Shown: positions 38,711 to 48,958, counted from the stretch's first letter. The stretch is 64,000 nucleotides of DNA from an uncultured delta proteobacterium (GCA_963782055.1 CAWAIF010000003.1:5088001-5152000); one strand, 5' to 3'. Notes: generated from the letters alone by a model not told the origin. Translations and numbers: made by a program.

Positions 38711-40021
38711 ATGGCAGAGAGCCCCGACGCCTTCGCCCACACAGTCGCGGCGGACGACACCCCCGCGAGCGCGGCGACAGCGCAGACCGTCGATGTCGGC
38801 GGCGCCACCCTCGCCACGGACGCGCCCTCCGGCCACACGTCGACGGACACCGTCCGCACCACCGGCCGCGCCGCCGTCCTGCCGCTGGCGACGGAGCAGG
38901 GGACGCTCGTGCACGACGACCGCGACCGCTACGCCCGCAAGCGGGTGCTCGGCGCGGGCGGCATGGGGGAGGTCGTGCTCGCCGAGGACCAGGACATCGG
39001 CCGCGACGTGGCGGTGAAGTACCTGCTCGCACCCCACGACCCGACGGGGCTCGCGCGCTTCATCGACGAGATCCGCACGGTGGGATTGCTGGAGCACCCG
39101 AACATCGTGCCCATCCACGACGTCGGGGTCGACGACGCCGAGCGCTACTTCTTCGTGATGAAGCACGTCGAGGGCGAGACGCTGGAGCAGATCATCGAGC
39201 GCCTCGCCGCCGGCGACCCCGACTACCATGCGCGCTACACCTTCACGGCGCGCGTGGCCCTCTTCATGGGCCTGCTCCGCGCGCTGGACTTCGCCCACGC
39301 GCGCGGCTACGTCCACCGCGACCTGAAGCCCGCCAACGTGATGGTCGGCCGGTACGGTGAGGTCGTGCTGATGGACTGGGGTGTCGCCAAGCGGTGCGGC
39401 TCGCAGGCGCATGCGCAGCCGCAGCCGACGGCAGACGCCGCGCGCGCCGAGGCCGAAGCCGACGCGAGCAGGAACGTCACCGCGCGCGAGCGCTTCTTCA
39501 CCACCCGCCGCGGCGCCCTCGTCGGCACGCCCGCGTACATGTCGCCGGAGCAGGCCCGCGGGGAGGTCGAGACGATCGACGAGCGGAGCGACATCTACAG
39601 CGCGTGCGCCCTCTTCTACGAGCTGCTCAGCCTGCGCCACTACCTGGGCGAGCGCGAGAACCTCACGGCGATGCTCCTCGCCGTGCAGAGCGAGATGCCC
39701 AGCTTCACGTTCGCCGGCACGACCCACGCGGCGCAGGGCTCGCCGCCCGCCGAGCTCTTGCACTTCGCGCACCGCGGCCTGGAGAAGGACCCGGCCGCGC
39801 GCTTCGCCTCGGTCCGCGAGATGATCGACCAGCTCGAGGCAACCCTGGACGGCCGCGTGAAGGTCCAGTGCCCCGTCACCTTCACCAAGCGACTCACCCG
39901 CGAGCTGGGGCGCTTCGTCGATCGCAGGCCGCTCGTGGCGATGAACCTCCTCTTCGGCGGCGCGGCCGCCGTGCTCCTGCTGGTCGTCCTCTGCGCGGTG
40001 CTCCTCGTACGTGCCGTATGA
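38711..40021 (+). CDS. Ser/Thr protein kinase with C-terminal TM helix
   Basis: GAGGMG, VAVK, HRDLKPAN, DWG, GTPAYMSPE, DIYS. Confidence 0.95.
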   Translation: MAESPDAFAHTVAADDTPASAATAQTVDVGGATLATDAPSGHTSTDTVRTTGRAAVLPLATEQGTLVHDDRDRYARKRVLGAGGMGEVVLAEDQDIGRDVAVKYLLAPHDPTGLARFIDEIRTVGLLEHPNIVPIHDVGVDDAERYFFVMKHVEGETLEQIIERLAAGDPDYHARYTFTARVALFMGLLRALDFAHARGYVHRDLKPANVMVGRYGEVVLMDWGVAKRCGSQAHAQPQPTADAARAEAEADASRNVTARERFFTTRRGALVGTPAYMSPEQARGEVETIDERSDIYSACALFYELLSLRHYLGERENLTAMLLAVQSEMPSFTFAGTTHAAQGSPPAELLHFAHRGLEKDPAARFASVREMIDQLEATLDGRVKVQCPVTFTKRLTRELGRFVDRRPLVAMNLLFGGAAAVLLLVVLCAVLLVRAV

Positions 40022-40100
40022 GCGCGAGCCTCGCCGGCACCAACCACGCGGAAGCAGGCGCAGCCGCAGCCCGCGCCCCCGCGCCCGACAGCGCGTCCGC

Positions 40101-40592
40101 TCAGTTGCAGGTCCCCGGACAGGCCTTGTCCTCGCAGTCGAGCAGGACGATGCCGGCGTTCACCCCGTTGGGGAACTGCTTCATGCAGCCCTTGGCGCAG
40201 GCGAACGCGCTGCCCTCGCCCCCACCATCCGCCGCCACCACCGCGTCCGGGCCGGCGTCGAGGATGGGGGTGGGGCACTTCCGGATGCAGGCGGCGTAGC
40301 CCTCGCAGTCGGCGTTGCCCAGGCACCCGTTCGCCGCCTCGCAGCACGAGGCCTGCACGCACGAGGCGCACGCCTGGTCGGACGGCGGCTTGTTCACCGT
40401 GCACGGCGTGCCGGTGTCCGCGCCGGAGTCGCCGGCGGCCTGCACGTCGGGCCCCCCGGCGTCGGTCACCTGCCCCCTGTCGGCCGACGCGTCCTGCGCC
40501 CCGAGGAGCGGTGGGTTGTCCTGACACGCGACGCTGCCCACGGCGGCCACGACGAGCGCCGCGACCGCCAGCCCGAGACCGGCCTTCGTCAT
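40101..40592 (-). CDS. Small Cys-rich lipoprotein
   Basis: Lipobox SVAC; CASCVQASCC..C..C..C..C helical Cys pattern; ATG overlaps upstream stop. Confidence 0.8.
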   Translation of the reverse strand: MTKAGLGLAVAALVVAAVGSVACQDNPPLLGAQDASADRGQVTDAGGPDVQAAGDSGADTGTPCTVNKPPSDQACASCVQASCCEAANGCLGNADCEGYAACIRKCPTPILDAGPDAVVAADGGGEGSAFACAKGCMKQFPNGVNAGIVLLDCEDKACPGTCN

Positions 40593-42760
40593 AGGGAGTC
40601 CACGCAGTCGAAGGTCTGCTGCCACGCGAGCAGCGTGGGCGCCTGGAGGTGATCGGACGAGGGGTTGAGCGTCATGTTCACGCGCAGCACGGCCTGCGAG
40701 GACTGACCGGCGGCGACGAGCTTGGGGTTCACGTCCACGCCCGTCCACACCAGGTTGGGCGCGCCGGACACCGTGGCCAGCGCCACGTTCGCCCCGAGCG
40801 AGCTGACGTTCGGTCCCGTCTGCGCGTCGAAGACGATGTTGGAGTCGCTCGGCGTCTCGTCCTGCCAGTTGAACCAGCGCCACTTCACCACCTTGCCCGC
40901 GGGGCACTGCGCGGTGAAGTCGCGGGAGAAGGTGGCGGGGTTGAACCAGATGGGCGGGGGCGGCGGCAGCGCCTGCAGGCACGCGCCCAGGTCGAAGAGC
41001 AAGAACTCCGCCGCCTTCTCCTGCGGCGTCAGCCCGCCGGAGGGGCACTCGCTCGGGAAGGAGTAGGAGTCGAACCCGGAGGCGAGGTGCATGTCGGTGA
41101 ACATGACCCTGCCGTACTGGCTGGCGGGCGGCGTGTTCACCGGCGTGTTGAAGGTGATGTCCGCGGGGTAGTCCGGCCTGCCCGAATAGTAGTTGACGCC
41201 GTCCCACGTGTAGCGGCCGGTGAAATCGACCCACGACTGCGTCGGCGAGACCACCGAGTAGGTGTCGTAGCGCGAGGGGTTGATGAGCAGCTTGCCGAAG
41301 GTCGTCGAGGCGCCCACCGTCTGCATCCAGTTGGCGAAATCCAGGCCCTTCTGGAAGGAGGTGTTGACCTGACCCTCATACCAGGGCGAGTCGTAACCGC
41401 CGCTGCTCCAGTACGGGATGAAGCTGGCCACGCCCGGGAAGGGGTTGGGCGCGCCGCCGCCCTCGATCCACTGCCGGCCCCAGTGGGAGGAGAAGAGGCG
41501 CCCCCCGTCGGCGGTGTAGCTCCCGATGTTGTTCATGAAGGTGGTGTAGTTGCCGGACCAGCGGCCCGAGCTGTACCGGTACGGGTAGTACTCCTCGCCG
41601 CAGTCGCACGGCAGCATCACCAGGTCCTCCGTCATCATCGTGCTCAGGTTGGAGAGCAGATTGGTGGGCTTGGGGTTGCTCCCGCCGTTGAGCGGCTCGC
41701 CGTAGGCCTGGTAGTAATCGACGTGACCGCCGGCGCCTGGGTCCTTGAACTCGCTCGTGGAGACGCCGATGCGCTTGATGAGGCACTCCATCGGGTCGCA
41801 GCTGCCGCTGACGAGGGCGATGTGCGGCAGGTCCGCCTGGCTGTTGTAGCCATCGGTCGCGTTCTGCGGCAGGCGTGTCTTCGAGGCGGGCAGCGCGGTG
41901 GTGGTGCACTGGTTGACGGTGGAGAGCATCACCATGCGACGCCACTTGCCCGCCTGCACCACCAGCGGGATGTTGCTGCCCGAGGGCACGCCGGTGAGGG
42001 TGAACTTGCCGTCCGGCCCGGTGAGCGCGTAGGAGACCGCCGGCGGGAGGTTGCCGCCGCCGCCACACGGGTCCTTCTGGGCGCCCTGCGGGATCGCCGG
42101 GAGCGGGAGCTGCGCGGGGACATAGACGTTGGCGTGATAGACGGGGTCGAGCCCCGCCGGATCGTAGACGGTGCCGGTCAGCGTCGTCCCCGCGCCGCCA
42201 TCGCACTTGGCCACCTGGCACTGCAGGCCGACGCAGCTCACGCCGCCCTCGCCCTGCAACAGCGTCAGCCCGCCGCCATCCGCCTGGGTGAGGCCGTTGC
42301 CCGCGTCCAGACCGCCTGCGTCGTCGGTGACCATCTGGCAGTCCGGATCGCAGGGGTTGTTCTGGCAGGTCTGCTGCGAGCCCAGCCCCAGCGTCACCAG
42401 ATCGCCGATGGGCCCGGCGCTCCGGTACACGATGTGATCGCCGATGCACTGCCCCCACGTACCGTCGCTGCCGCAGGTGATGTGGCCCATCGAGCAGGTC
42501 ACGCCGTCCTGATCCTTGACCTCGACCTCGCCGCACTCCACCTGCTGGCCGGCAGTGCCGCACGGACATCCCGCGGCCGGCGTGGCGCACATGGTGCCGC
42601 CGTCGGTGCCGTTGTTCGGGTTGATGCCATCACCCAGTCCCGGCGGACCGCCGGAGCTGCAGGCGGCGACGAGGAAGCTGACGAGCACTGCCAGTGCGCT
42701 CACCAGCAGGAACACGCCGGCCTTGCTGCGAAGGGTGGGGGCGGAGGGAGGAGGGCGCAT
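40589..42760 (-). CDS. Large Cys-rich lipoprotein with carboxypeptidase-regulatory-like domain
   Basis: Lipobox VAAC; LTGTVYDPAG, TGPDGKFTLTGVPSG..IPLVVQ.GKWRR, GGRLFSSH, GRVMFTDMH, LTPQEKAAEFLLFDL. Confidence 0.85.
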   Translation of the reverse strand: MRPPPSAPTLRSKAGVFLLVSALAVLVSFLVAACSSGGPPGLGDGINPNNGTDGGTMCATPAAGCPCGTAGQQVECGEVEVKDQDGVTCSMGHITCGSDGTWGQCIGDHIVYRSAGPIGDLVTLGLGSQQTCQNNPCDPDCQMVTDDAGGLDAGNGLTQADGGGLTLLQGEGGVSCVGLQCQVAKCDGGAGTTLTGTVYDPAGLDPVYHANVYVPAQLPLPAIPQGAQKDPCGGGGNLPPAVSYALTGPDGKFTLTGVPSGSNIPLVVQAGKWRRMVMLSTVNQCTTTALPASKTRLPQNATDGYNSQADLPHIALVSGSCDPMECLIKRIGVSTSEFKDPGAGGHVDYYQAYGEPLNGGSNPKPTNLLSNLSTMMTEDLVMLPCDCGEEYYPYRYSSGRWSGNYTTFMNNIGSYTADGGRLFSSHWGRQWIEGGGAPNPFPGVASFIPYWSSGGYDSPWYEGQVNTSFQKGLDFANWMQTVGASTTFGKLLINPSRYDTYSVVSPTQSWVDFTGRYTWDGVNYYSGRPDYPADITFNTPVNTPPASQYGRVMFTDMHLASGFDSYSFPSECPSGGLTPQEKAAEFLLFDLGACLQALPPPPPIWFNPATFSRDFTAQCPAGKVVKWRWFNWQDETPSDSNIVFDAQTGPNVSSLGANVALATVSGAPNLVWTGVDVNPKLVAAGQSSQAVLRVNMTLNPSSDHLQAPTLLAWQQTFDCVDSL

Positions 42761-42793
42761 GGATTTGTGCTCGCGAGCCAACCGAAACCATCG

Positions 42794-42809
42794 TGCAACG
42801 CACGTGCCC
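42794..42809 (-). promoter_or_regulatory. Putative sigma54 promoter
   Basis: GGGCACGtgcgTTGCA, near consensus, 33 nt upstream of ATG 42760; A-tracts further upstream. Confidence 0.7.
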
Positions 42810-43045
42810 GCGGCCCGCACCGCGGGTTTGCCCTGAAAACTCCTGGGGGGAGCGGCCCGGTGGATGAAAAAAGTTGCCGGACCGGAAAAAAGGTACGTCG
42901 CTCTTCGAAGCCGACGGGCCCAGAGGAAGTCTAGAGCCCCAGGCTGGCCGGGCATCAAGAAAATGGAGGCGCCGCAGTGCGGGCAGGTGGTTCTGTGTGG
43001 GTGAGGAGAACTTTCGGCCGACGCTTGCGTATATGCTCGGCAACC

Positions 43046-44530
43046 ATGTGTTCCCATGCGCCCCTCTCGGCGCTCGCGTTCGCGGTGGCCGCTCTCTCCG
43101 TCTCCATCGGAGCGTGTGGTGGCCATCCGCCCCCCAAGGCCGTCGCCGCCGGACCGGCCGCGGCGAAGCTCTCCACCTCCGCCCAGCGCGAGTCGGTCGC
43201 CGTCACCGTCTACAACGGCGGGTTCGGCGTCGTGCGGGAGGTGCGCGACGTCGACCTCGGACGCGGCCTCGTGTCGCTCGAGTTCCGCGACGTCTCGACG
43301 AAGATCGAGCCGAAGACGGTGCAGGTGCGCGCGCTCGACGCGGCCCCCTCGGCGCTCTCGGTGCTGGAGCAGAACTACCGCTACGACCTCCTCAGCCCCC
43401 AGAAGCTGCTGGAGAAGTACGAGGGCAAGAAGGTCAAGGTTTACCGCTGGAACAAGGTGACCGGCAAGGACGAGGAGCTCGACGCGGAGGTCATCGCCGC
43501 CAACGGCGGTTCCCCGGTGATGCGCATCAACGGCGAGATCACCTATGGCTTCCCCGGGCGCATCGCCTTCCCCGGCATCCCCAAGAACCTCATCGCCAAG
43601 CCGAGCCTGGTCTGGCTGCTGGACAGCGCCAAGCCGAAGCAGAAGGTGGAGGTCACCTACCTCACCCAGGGCATCCGGTGGAACGCCGACTACGTCCTCT
43701 CCCTCGGCGACGAGACCGCCGGGACGGGCATGTCCAAGGGTGATCTCGTGGGCTGGGTGACGCTCGCCAACGACACCGGCACGACGTTCAAGAACGCGCG
43801 GCTGAAGCTCGTCGCGGGGGACGTCCAGCGCGTGATGGCGCAGGGCCAGATCGCCGAGCGCTCCAGGATGGCGAAGGACGAGGGCGGGGAGAGACAGTTC
43901 AACGAGGAGAGCTTCTTCGAGTACCACCTCTACAGCCTGGACCGGCCGACCGACCTGCTGAACAGCGAGAGCAAGCAGGTCACGCTGCTGCAGGCCAGCG
44001 GCGTCGCGGTGCGGCGGCGCCTCATCTTCCACGGCGCCTCCTACTACTACCGGAACCGGTACGGCGCCGTGCAGTCGAACCAGAAGGTGGGCGTCTACGT
44101 GGAGATCGACAACCGCGAGGACAACCACCTGGGCATCCCGCTGCCGAAGGGCACCGTGCGCGTCTACAAGACGGACAAGAGCGGGCAGAAGGAGTTCGTC
44201 GGCGAGGACAACATCGACCACACCCCGCGCGACGAGAAGGTGCGCATCAAGATGGGCGAGTCCTTCGACGTGGTGGGGGACCGCAAGCAGACCGACTACA
44301 AGGTCATCTCCTCCTGCGTCGACGAGAGCGCCTGGGAGATCGACCTGCGCAACCACAAGGACGTGGCCGACGAGGTCCTCGTCTACGAGCCAGTGGGCGG
44401 CGACTGGACGCTGCTCACCTCCTCCATGCCCTACGAAAAGAAGGACGCCCACACCTTCACCTTCACGGCGAAGGTGCCGGCGCGCGGCGCGACGAAGATC
44501 ACTTACCGGGTGAGGGTGAAATGGTGCTGA
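43046..44530 (+). CDS. DUF4139-family protein, copy 1 (probable lipoprotein)
   Basis: VTVYN..FG.VREVR, VLEQNYRYDL, YLT.GI.W.ADY, LVAGDV, FFEYHLY, GIPLPKG.VRVY; signal ending SIGAC. Confidence 0.88.
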   Translation: MCSHAPLSALAFAVAALSVSIGACGGHPPPKAVAAGPAAAKLSTSAQRESVAVTVYNGGFGVVREVRDVDLGRGLVSLEFRDVSTKIEPKTVQVRALDAAPSALSVLEQNYRYDLLSPQKLLEKYEGKKVKVYRWNKVTGKDEELDAEVIAANGGSPVMRINGEITYGFPGRIAFPGIPKNLIAKPSLVWLLDSAKPKQKVEVTYLTQGIRWNADYVLSLGDETAGTGMSKGDLVGWVTLANDTGTTFKNARLKLVAGDVQRVMAQGQIAERSRMAKDEGGERQFNEESFFEYHLYSLDRPTDLLNSESKQVTLLQASGVAVRRRLIFHGASYYYRNRYGAVQSNQKVGVYVEIDNREDNHLGIPLPKGTVRVYKTDKSGQKEFVGEDNIDHTPRDEKVRIKMGESFDVVGDRKQTDYKVISSCVDESAWEIDLRNHKDVADEVLVYEPVGGDWTLLTSSMPYEKKDAHTFTFTAKVPARGATKITYRVRVKWC

Positions 44531-45975
44531 CCTCCTCCGCCAGGAGGCGAGCCGCCGCGCTCGCCGTCCTCGCCACGATCACCGCCGCCGGCTTCGCGAG
44601 CTCCGCCATGGCGCAGCCGCCGCCGGCGCCCGCGACGCTCAAGTCCACGTCCGCGCAGCGCGACGAGGTGTCCATCACCGTCTACAACCAGAACTTCGGC
44701 CTGGTGCGGGAGGTGCGCACGCTGAACAACCTGCCGCGCGGCCGCACGTCGCTGGAGTTCGCCGACGTCTCGCGGTCCATCCAGCCGGAGACCGTGGCGA
44801 TCAAGTCGCTCGGCGGCCAGCTGAACGTCCTGGAGCAGAACTACCGCTACGACCTGCTCAGCCCGCAGAAGCTGCTGGAGAAGTACGTCGGCGGGAAGGT
44901 GAAGGTGTACCGCTACAACGAGAAGACCGGGCGCGACGACGTCTACGACGCCGAGGTCCTCTCCGTCGCGCAGGGCACCGTGCTCAAGATCAACGGGGAG
45001 ATCACCTACGACTTCCCCGGGCGCATCGCCTTCCCCTCGGTGCCGAAGAACCTCATCGCCAAGCCCACGCTGGTGTGGCTCCTCGACTCCGGCGGGCCGC
45101 AGAAGGTGGAGGTCACCTACCTGACGCAGAACCTGAGCTGGGTGGCCGACTACGTCTTCGTCCTCAACGCCGCCGACAACGCCGGCGACCTCACCGGGTG
45201 GGTCACCCTCAACAACACCACCGGCACCACCTACGACAACGCCAAGCTGAAGCTCGTCGCCGGGGACGTGCAGCGCCTGAGGCCGAACTACGGGATGCCG
45301 ATGGGCGGGGCGATGTCGGCGCCCGCGGCCAAGGCGGCGCAGTTCGGGGAGGAGAGCTTCTTCGAGTACCACCTTTACACGCTCAACCGGCCGACGACGC
45401 TGCTCACCAACGAGCAGAAGCAGGTCACCCTGCTGGAGGCCCACGGCATCCACGTCGACAAGAAGCTCATCTTCTACGGGCAGCAGTACTACTACCGCGG
45501 CCGCTACGGCCAGGTGATGTCCAACCAGAAGGTGGGCGTCTACCTGGACTTCCAGAACACCGAGCAGAACCACATGGGCATGCCCCTGCCCAAGGGCACG
45601 GTGCGCGTCTACAAGGCCGACAAGAGCGGCGCCAAGCAGTTCATCGGCGAGGACAGCATCGACCACACCCCGCGCGACGAGCGCGTCCGCATCAAGATGG
45701 GCGAGGCCTTCGACGTCGTCGGCGACCGCAAGCAGACCGACTACAAGATCATCAGCTCCTGCGTCGTCGACACCTCCTGGGAGATCGACCTGCGCAACCA
45801 CAAGGACACCGCCACCGCCGTCGAGGTCTACGAGCCCGTCGGCGGCGACTGGACCATCGAGTCGTCCAGCATGCCCTTCGTGAAGAAGGACGCCCACACC
45901 TTCACCTTCACCCCGCACGTGCCGGCCCGCGGCAAGGCCAAGATCACCTACCGCGTCCGCGTGAGGTGGTGCTGA
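44521..45975 (+). CDS. DUF4139-family protein, copy 2
   Basis: Same motifs; Sec signal AMA|Q; overlaps copy 1 by 10 nt. Confidence 0.88.
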   Translation: MVLTSSARRRAAALAVLATITAAGFASSAMAQPPPAPATLKSTSAQRDEVSITVYNQNFGLVREVRTLNNLPRGRTSLEFADVSRSIQPETVAIKSLGGQLNVLEQNYRYDLLSPQKLLEKYVGGKVKVYRYNEKTGRDDVYDAEVLSVAQGTVLKINGEITYDFPGRIAFPSVPKNLIAKPTLVWLLDSGGPQKVEVTYLTQNLSWVADYVFVLNAADNAGDLTGWVTLNNTTGTTYDNAKLKLVAGDVQRLRPNYGMPMGGAMSAPAAKAAQFGEESFFEYHLYTLNRPTTLLTNEQKQVTLLEAHGIHVDKKLIFYGQQYYYRGRYGQVMSNQKVGVYLDFQNTEQNHMGMPLPKGTVRVYKADKSGAKQFIGEDSIDHTPRDERVRIKMGEAFDVVGDRKQTDYKIISSCVVDTSWEIDLRNHKDTATAVEVYEPVGGDWTIESSSMPFVKKDAHTFTFTPHVPARGKAKITYRVRVRWC

Positions 45976-47408
45976 TGCAACGCGCGCGCGTCCTCTCGTC
46001 GCTCTTCGCGTGCGCCGTGGTCGCCGCGGCCACCGCCCGGGCGATCGCCGCGCCCGCGGCGCCGCCGGCCAAGGTGCTGTCCACCGCGCGCGACCGGCAG
46101 GAGGTGAGCATCACCGTCTACAACCAGAACTTCGGCCTGGTGCGGGAGGTGCGCGACCTGAACGTCCCTTCCGGGCGCGTCTCGCTGGACTTCCAGGACG
46201 TCTCGCAGTCCATCCAGCCGGAGACGGTGGCGATCAAGTCGCTGGGCGGCAAGCTGAACGTCCTGGAGCAGAACTACCGCTACGACCTGCTCAGCCCGCA
46301 GAAGCTCCTGGAGAAGTACGTCGGCCGCAAGGTGAAGGTCTACCGGTGGAACGAGAAGACCGGCCGCGACGATGTCTATGACGCCGAGGTCCTCTCCGTC
46401 GACCAGGGCACGGTGCTCAAGATCAACGGGGAGATCACCTACAACTTCCCCGGCCGCATCGCCTTTCCCTCCGTCCCGCCCAACCTCATCGCCAAGCCGT
46501 CGCTGGTGTGGCTGCTCGACTCCGGCGGCCGGCAGAAGGTGGAGGTCACCTACCTGACGCAGAACCTGAGCTGGGTGGCCGACTACGTCTTCGTCCTCAA
46601 CGCCGCCGACAACGCGGGGGACCTCACGGGGTGGGTCACCCTCAACAACACCACCGGCACCACCTACGACAACGCCAAGCTGAAGCTCGTCGCGGGGGAC
46701 GTGCAGCGGGTGACCGCCACCGCCACCGGCAGAGACGAGGAGGCGATGGACGACGAGGTGGCGGAGCAGAAGCAGTTCAACGAGGAGAGCTTCTTCGAGT
46801 ACCACCTGTACACGCTCAACCGGCCGACGACGCTGCTCACCAACGAGCAGAAGCAGGTCACCCTGCTGGAGGCCCACGGCATCCACGTCGACAAGAAGCT
46901 CATCTTCTACGGGCAGCAGTACTACTACCGCGGCCGCTACGGTCAGGTGATGTCCAACCAGAAGGTGGGCGTCTACCTGGACTTCCAGAACACCGAGCAG
47001 AACCACATGGGCATGCCCCTGCCCAAGGGCACGGTGCGCGTCTACAAGGCCGACAAGAGCGGCGCCAAGCAGTTCATCGGCGAGGACAGCATCGACCACA
47101 CCCCGCGCGACGAGCGCGTGCGCATCAAGATGGGCGAGGCCTTCGACGTCGTCGGCGACCGCAAGCAGACCGACTACAAGATCATCAGCTCCTGCGTCGT
47201 CGACACCTCCTGGGAGATCGACCTGCGCAACCACAAGGACACCGCCACCGCCGTCGAGGTCTACGAGCCCGTCGGCGGCGACTGGACCATCGAGTCGTCC
47301 AGCATGCCCTTCGTGAAGAAGGACGCCCACACCTTCACCTTCACCCCGCACGTGCCGGCCCGCGGCAAGGCCAAGATCACCTACCGCGTCCGCGTGAGGT
47401 GGTGCTGA
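45975..47408 (+). CDS. DUF4139-family protein, copy 3
   Basis: TGATG coupling; same motifs; last 627 bp nearly identical to copy 2. Confidence 0.88.
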   Translation: MQRARVLSSLFACAVVAAATARAIAAPAAPPAKVLSTARDRQEVSITVYNQNFGLVREVRDLNVPSGRVSLDFQDVSQSIQPETVAIKSLGGKLNVLEQNYRYDLLSPQKLLEKYVGRKVKVYRWNEKTGRDDVYDAEVLSVDQGTVLKINGEITYNFPGRIAFPSVPPNLIAKPSLVWLLDSGGRQKVEVTYLTQNLSWVADYVFVLNAADNAGDLTGWVTLNNTTGTTYDNAKLKLVAGDVQRVTATATGRDEEAMDDEVAEQKQFNEESFFEYHLYTLNRPTTLLTNEQKQVTLLEAHGIHVDKKLIFYGQQYYYRGRYGQVMSNQKVGVYLDFQNTEQNHMGMPLPKGTVRVYKADKSGAKQFIGEDSIDHTPRDERVRIKMGEAFDVVGDRKQTDYKIISSCVVDTSWEIDLRNHKDTATAVEVYEPVGGDWTIESSSMPFVKKDAHTFTFTPHVPARGKAKITYRVRVRWC

Positions 47409-47562
47409 GCCTCCCTGAGAGGGAGAGGGGGGAGCGCGGGCGCGGGGGCGCGAGGGGGGGCGCGGAACGCGGGCGCGAGGGCGGGGGCGACGGACGATCT
47501 GCCGATCGCGCGCGGCACGATCTGGCACTCTCGCAGCGCGCCATCTCCCGCGATTCCCGCCC

Positions 47563-47578
47563 TGGCCCGCCTCCTGCT
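47563..47578 (+). promoter_or_regulatory. Possible sigma54 promoter
   Basis: TGGCCCgcctcCTGCT, GG-N10-GC; predicted +1 about 2 nt before ATG 47591. Confidence 0.4.
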
Positions 47579-47590
47579 AGGCGGGCCCCC

Positions 47591-48574
47591 ATGCACGCCG
47601 GAACCCTTCGTCTTCGCCTTCGCAAGGTCATGCTCCTCGCCGCGGCCGCGCCCGCCATCGCCGCGTGCGGTGGCGCGGTGATCGACGACACCACCGGCGG
47701 CGACGGGGGCAACCCGCCCGACGCCGCGACGGGCTGCACCGCCACCCGGATCGACGGCAGCAGCGGCTCGTGCGGCGGCTTCCAGGTGGAGCTGAGCAGC
47801 GCCGCCGCCTGCGGCGTCCCCCCGTCCACCGCCATCCCCCACTCCGTGTGCCAGAAGCTGTGCGGCGACCCGAACGACTCCTACTGCACCTTCGACACCG
47901 CCACCGACGTCCTGGACTGCAGCGGCATCTGCATGGGCCGCTTCCCCGCGGGCCTGCGCGTCGCGCCCGGCGCCGCGCACGAGCAGGCCGGCGAGCTCCT
48001 GGCGCGCGTCGCGTACCTGGAGGCCGCGTCGGTGGGGGCGTTCGACATCCTCGCCGCCGAGCTGCGCGCGCACGGGGCGCCGGAGTCGCTGGAGCGCGCC
48101 GCCCGCCGCGCCGCCGCCGACGAGGTGCGCCACGCGCGCGTCACCGGCGCGCTCGCCCGCGCCTACGGCGGGGAGCCGCGGACGCCGCACGTGGACCGCG
48201 CGCCGGTGCGCCATCTCGCCGCCATCGCGATGGAGAACGCGGTGGAGGGCTGCGTGCGTGAGACCTTCGGCGCGCTCGTCGCCGCGTGGCAGGCGGAGCG
48301 CGCGGCCGACCCGCGCGTGCGCGACGCCATGCGAGGCATCGCCCGCGACGAGACGCGGCACGCCGCGCTCGGCTGGCGCGTCGCAGCCTGGGCGGAGGCG
48401 CGCCTCTCCCCGGAGGATCGCGCCCGCGTGGAGGAGGCCCGCCGGCGCGCGATCGACGAGCTGGAGTCCTCGGAGGAGCAGCCGACCGCCGAGACCGCCG
48501 GCGTGCTCGGACTGCCCAGCGCGTCCGAGCGCATCGCGATGGTGAGGGCGATGCGCGCCGAAGTGTGGAGTTGA
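47591..48574 (+). CDS. Myxobacterial ferritin-like (di-iron) lipoprotein
   Basis: Lipobox IAAC, Cys-rich linker, LEAASV, DEVRH, ENAVEGCVRE, DETRH. Confidence 0.88.
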   Translation: MHAGTLRLRLRKVMLLAAAAPAIAACGGAVIDDTTGGDGGNPPDAATGCTATRIDGSSGSCGGFQVELSSAAACGVPPSTAIPHSVCQKLCGDPNDSYCTFDTATDVLDCSGICMGRFPAGLRVAPGAAHEQAGELLARVAYLEAASVGAFDILAAELRAHGAPESLERAARRAAADEVRHARVTGALARAYGGEPRTPHVDRAPVRHLAAIAMENAVEGCVRETFGALVAAWQAERAADPRVRDAMRGIARDETRHAALGWRVAAWAEARLSPEDRARVEEARRRAIDELESSEEQPTAETAGVLGLPSASERIAMVRAMRAEVWS

Positions 48575-48604
48575 GGCGCCCGCCGGTGCGCGTATGCTCT
48601 CCGC

Positions 48605-48958
48605 GTGACCATGTGGGACCGCGACAGGCCGCACGACGCGCGTGAGGCGCTCTTCGGGGGCCAAGGGACCGTCCGCGTGTGGAGCCTCGCTCCCACGCCG
48701 ATGCGCCCCTTCACCGCGCTGCTGGCGTGCGAGCTGGATCCGCTCGGCACGGTGGGCGCCCACGTGCAGCAGGAGCACGACGAGACCGTCATCATCGTCG
48801 AGGGCCGGGGCGAAGCGACGGTCGCCGGCGAGCGCAGGCCGCTCTCTCCCGGCACCGCCGTCTTCCTTCGCCTCGGCGAGACCCTCGCCCTGCAGAACCG
48901 CTCCGACACCGAGCCCCTGCGCTACGTCATCGTGAAGGCGCAGCACCTCGGGCCGTGA
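48605..48958 (+). CDS. Cupin-domain protein
   Basis: GTVGAHVQQEHDE..IIVEGRG...L.PG motif. Confidence 0.85.
   Translation: MTMWDRDRPHDAREALFGGQGTVRVWSLAPTPMRPFTALLACELDPLGTVGAHVQQEHDETVIIVEGRGEATVAGERRPLSPGTAVFLRLGETLALQNRSDTEPLRYVIVKAQHLGP

Noticed and set aside
45349..47408. DGR or CRISPR reading of the long repeats
   Set aside because: They are coding paralogue segments with synonymous differences; no spacers or cas genes.
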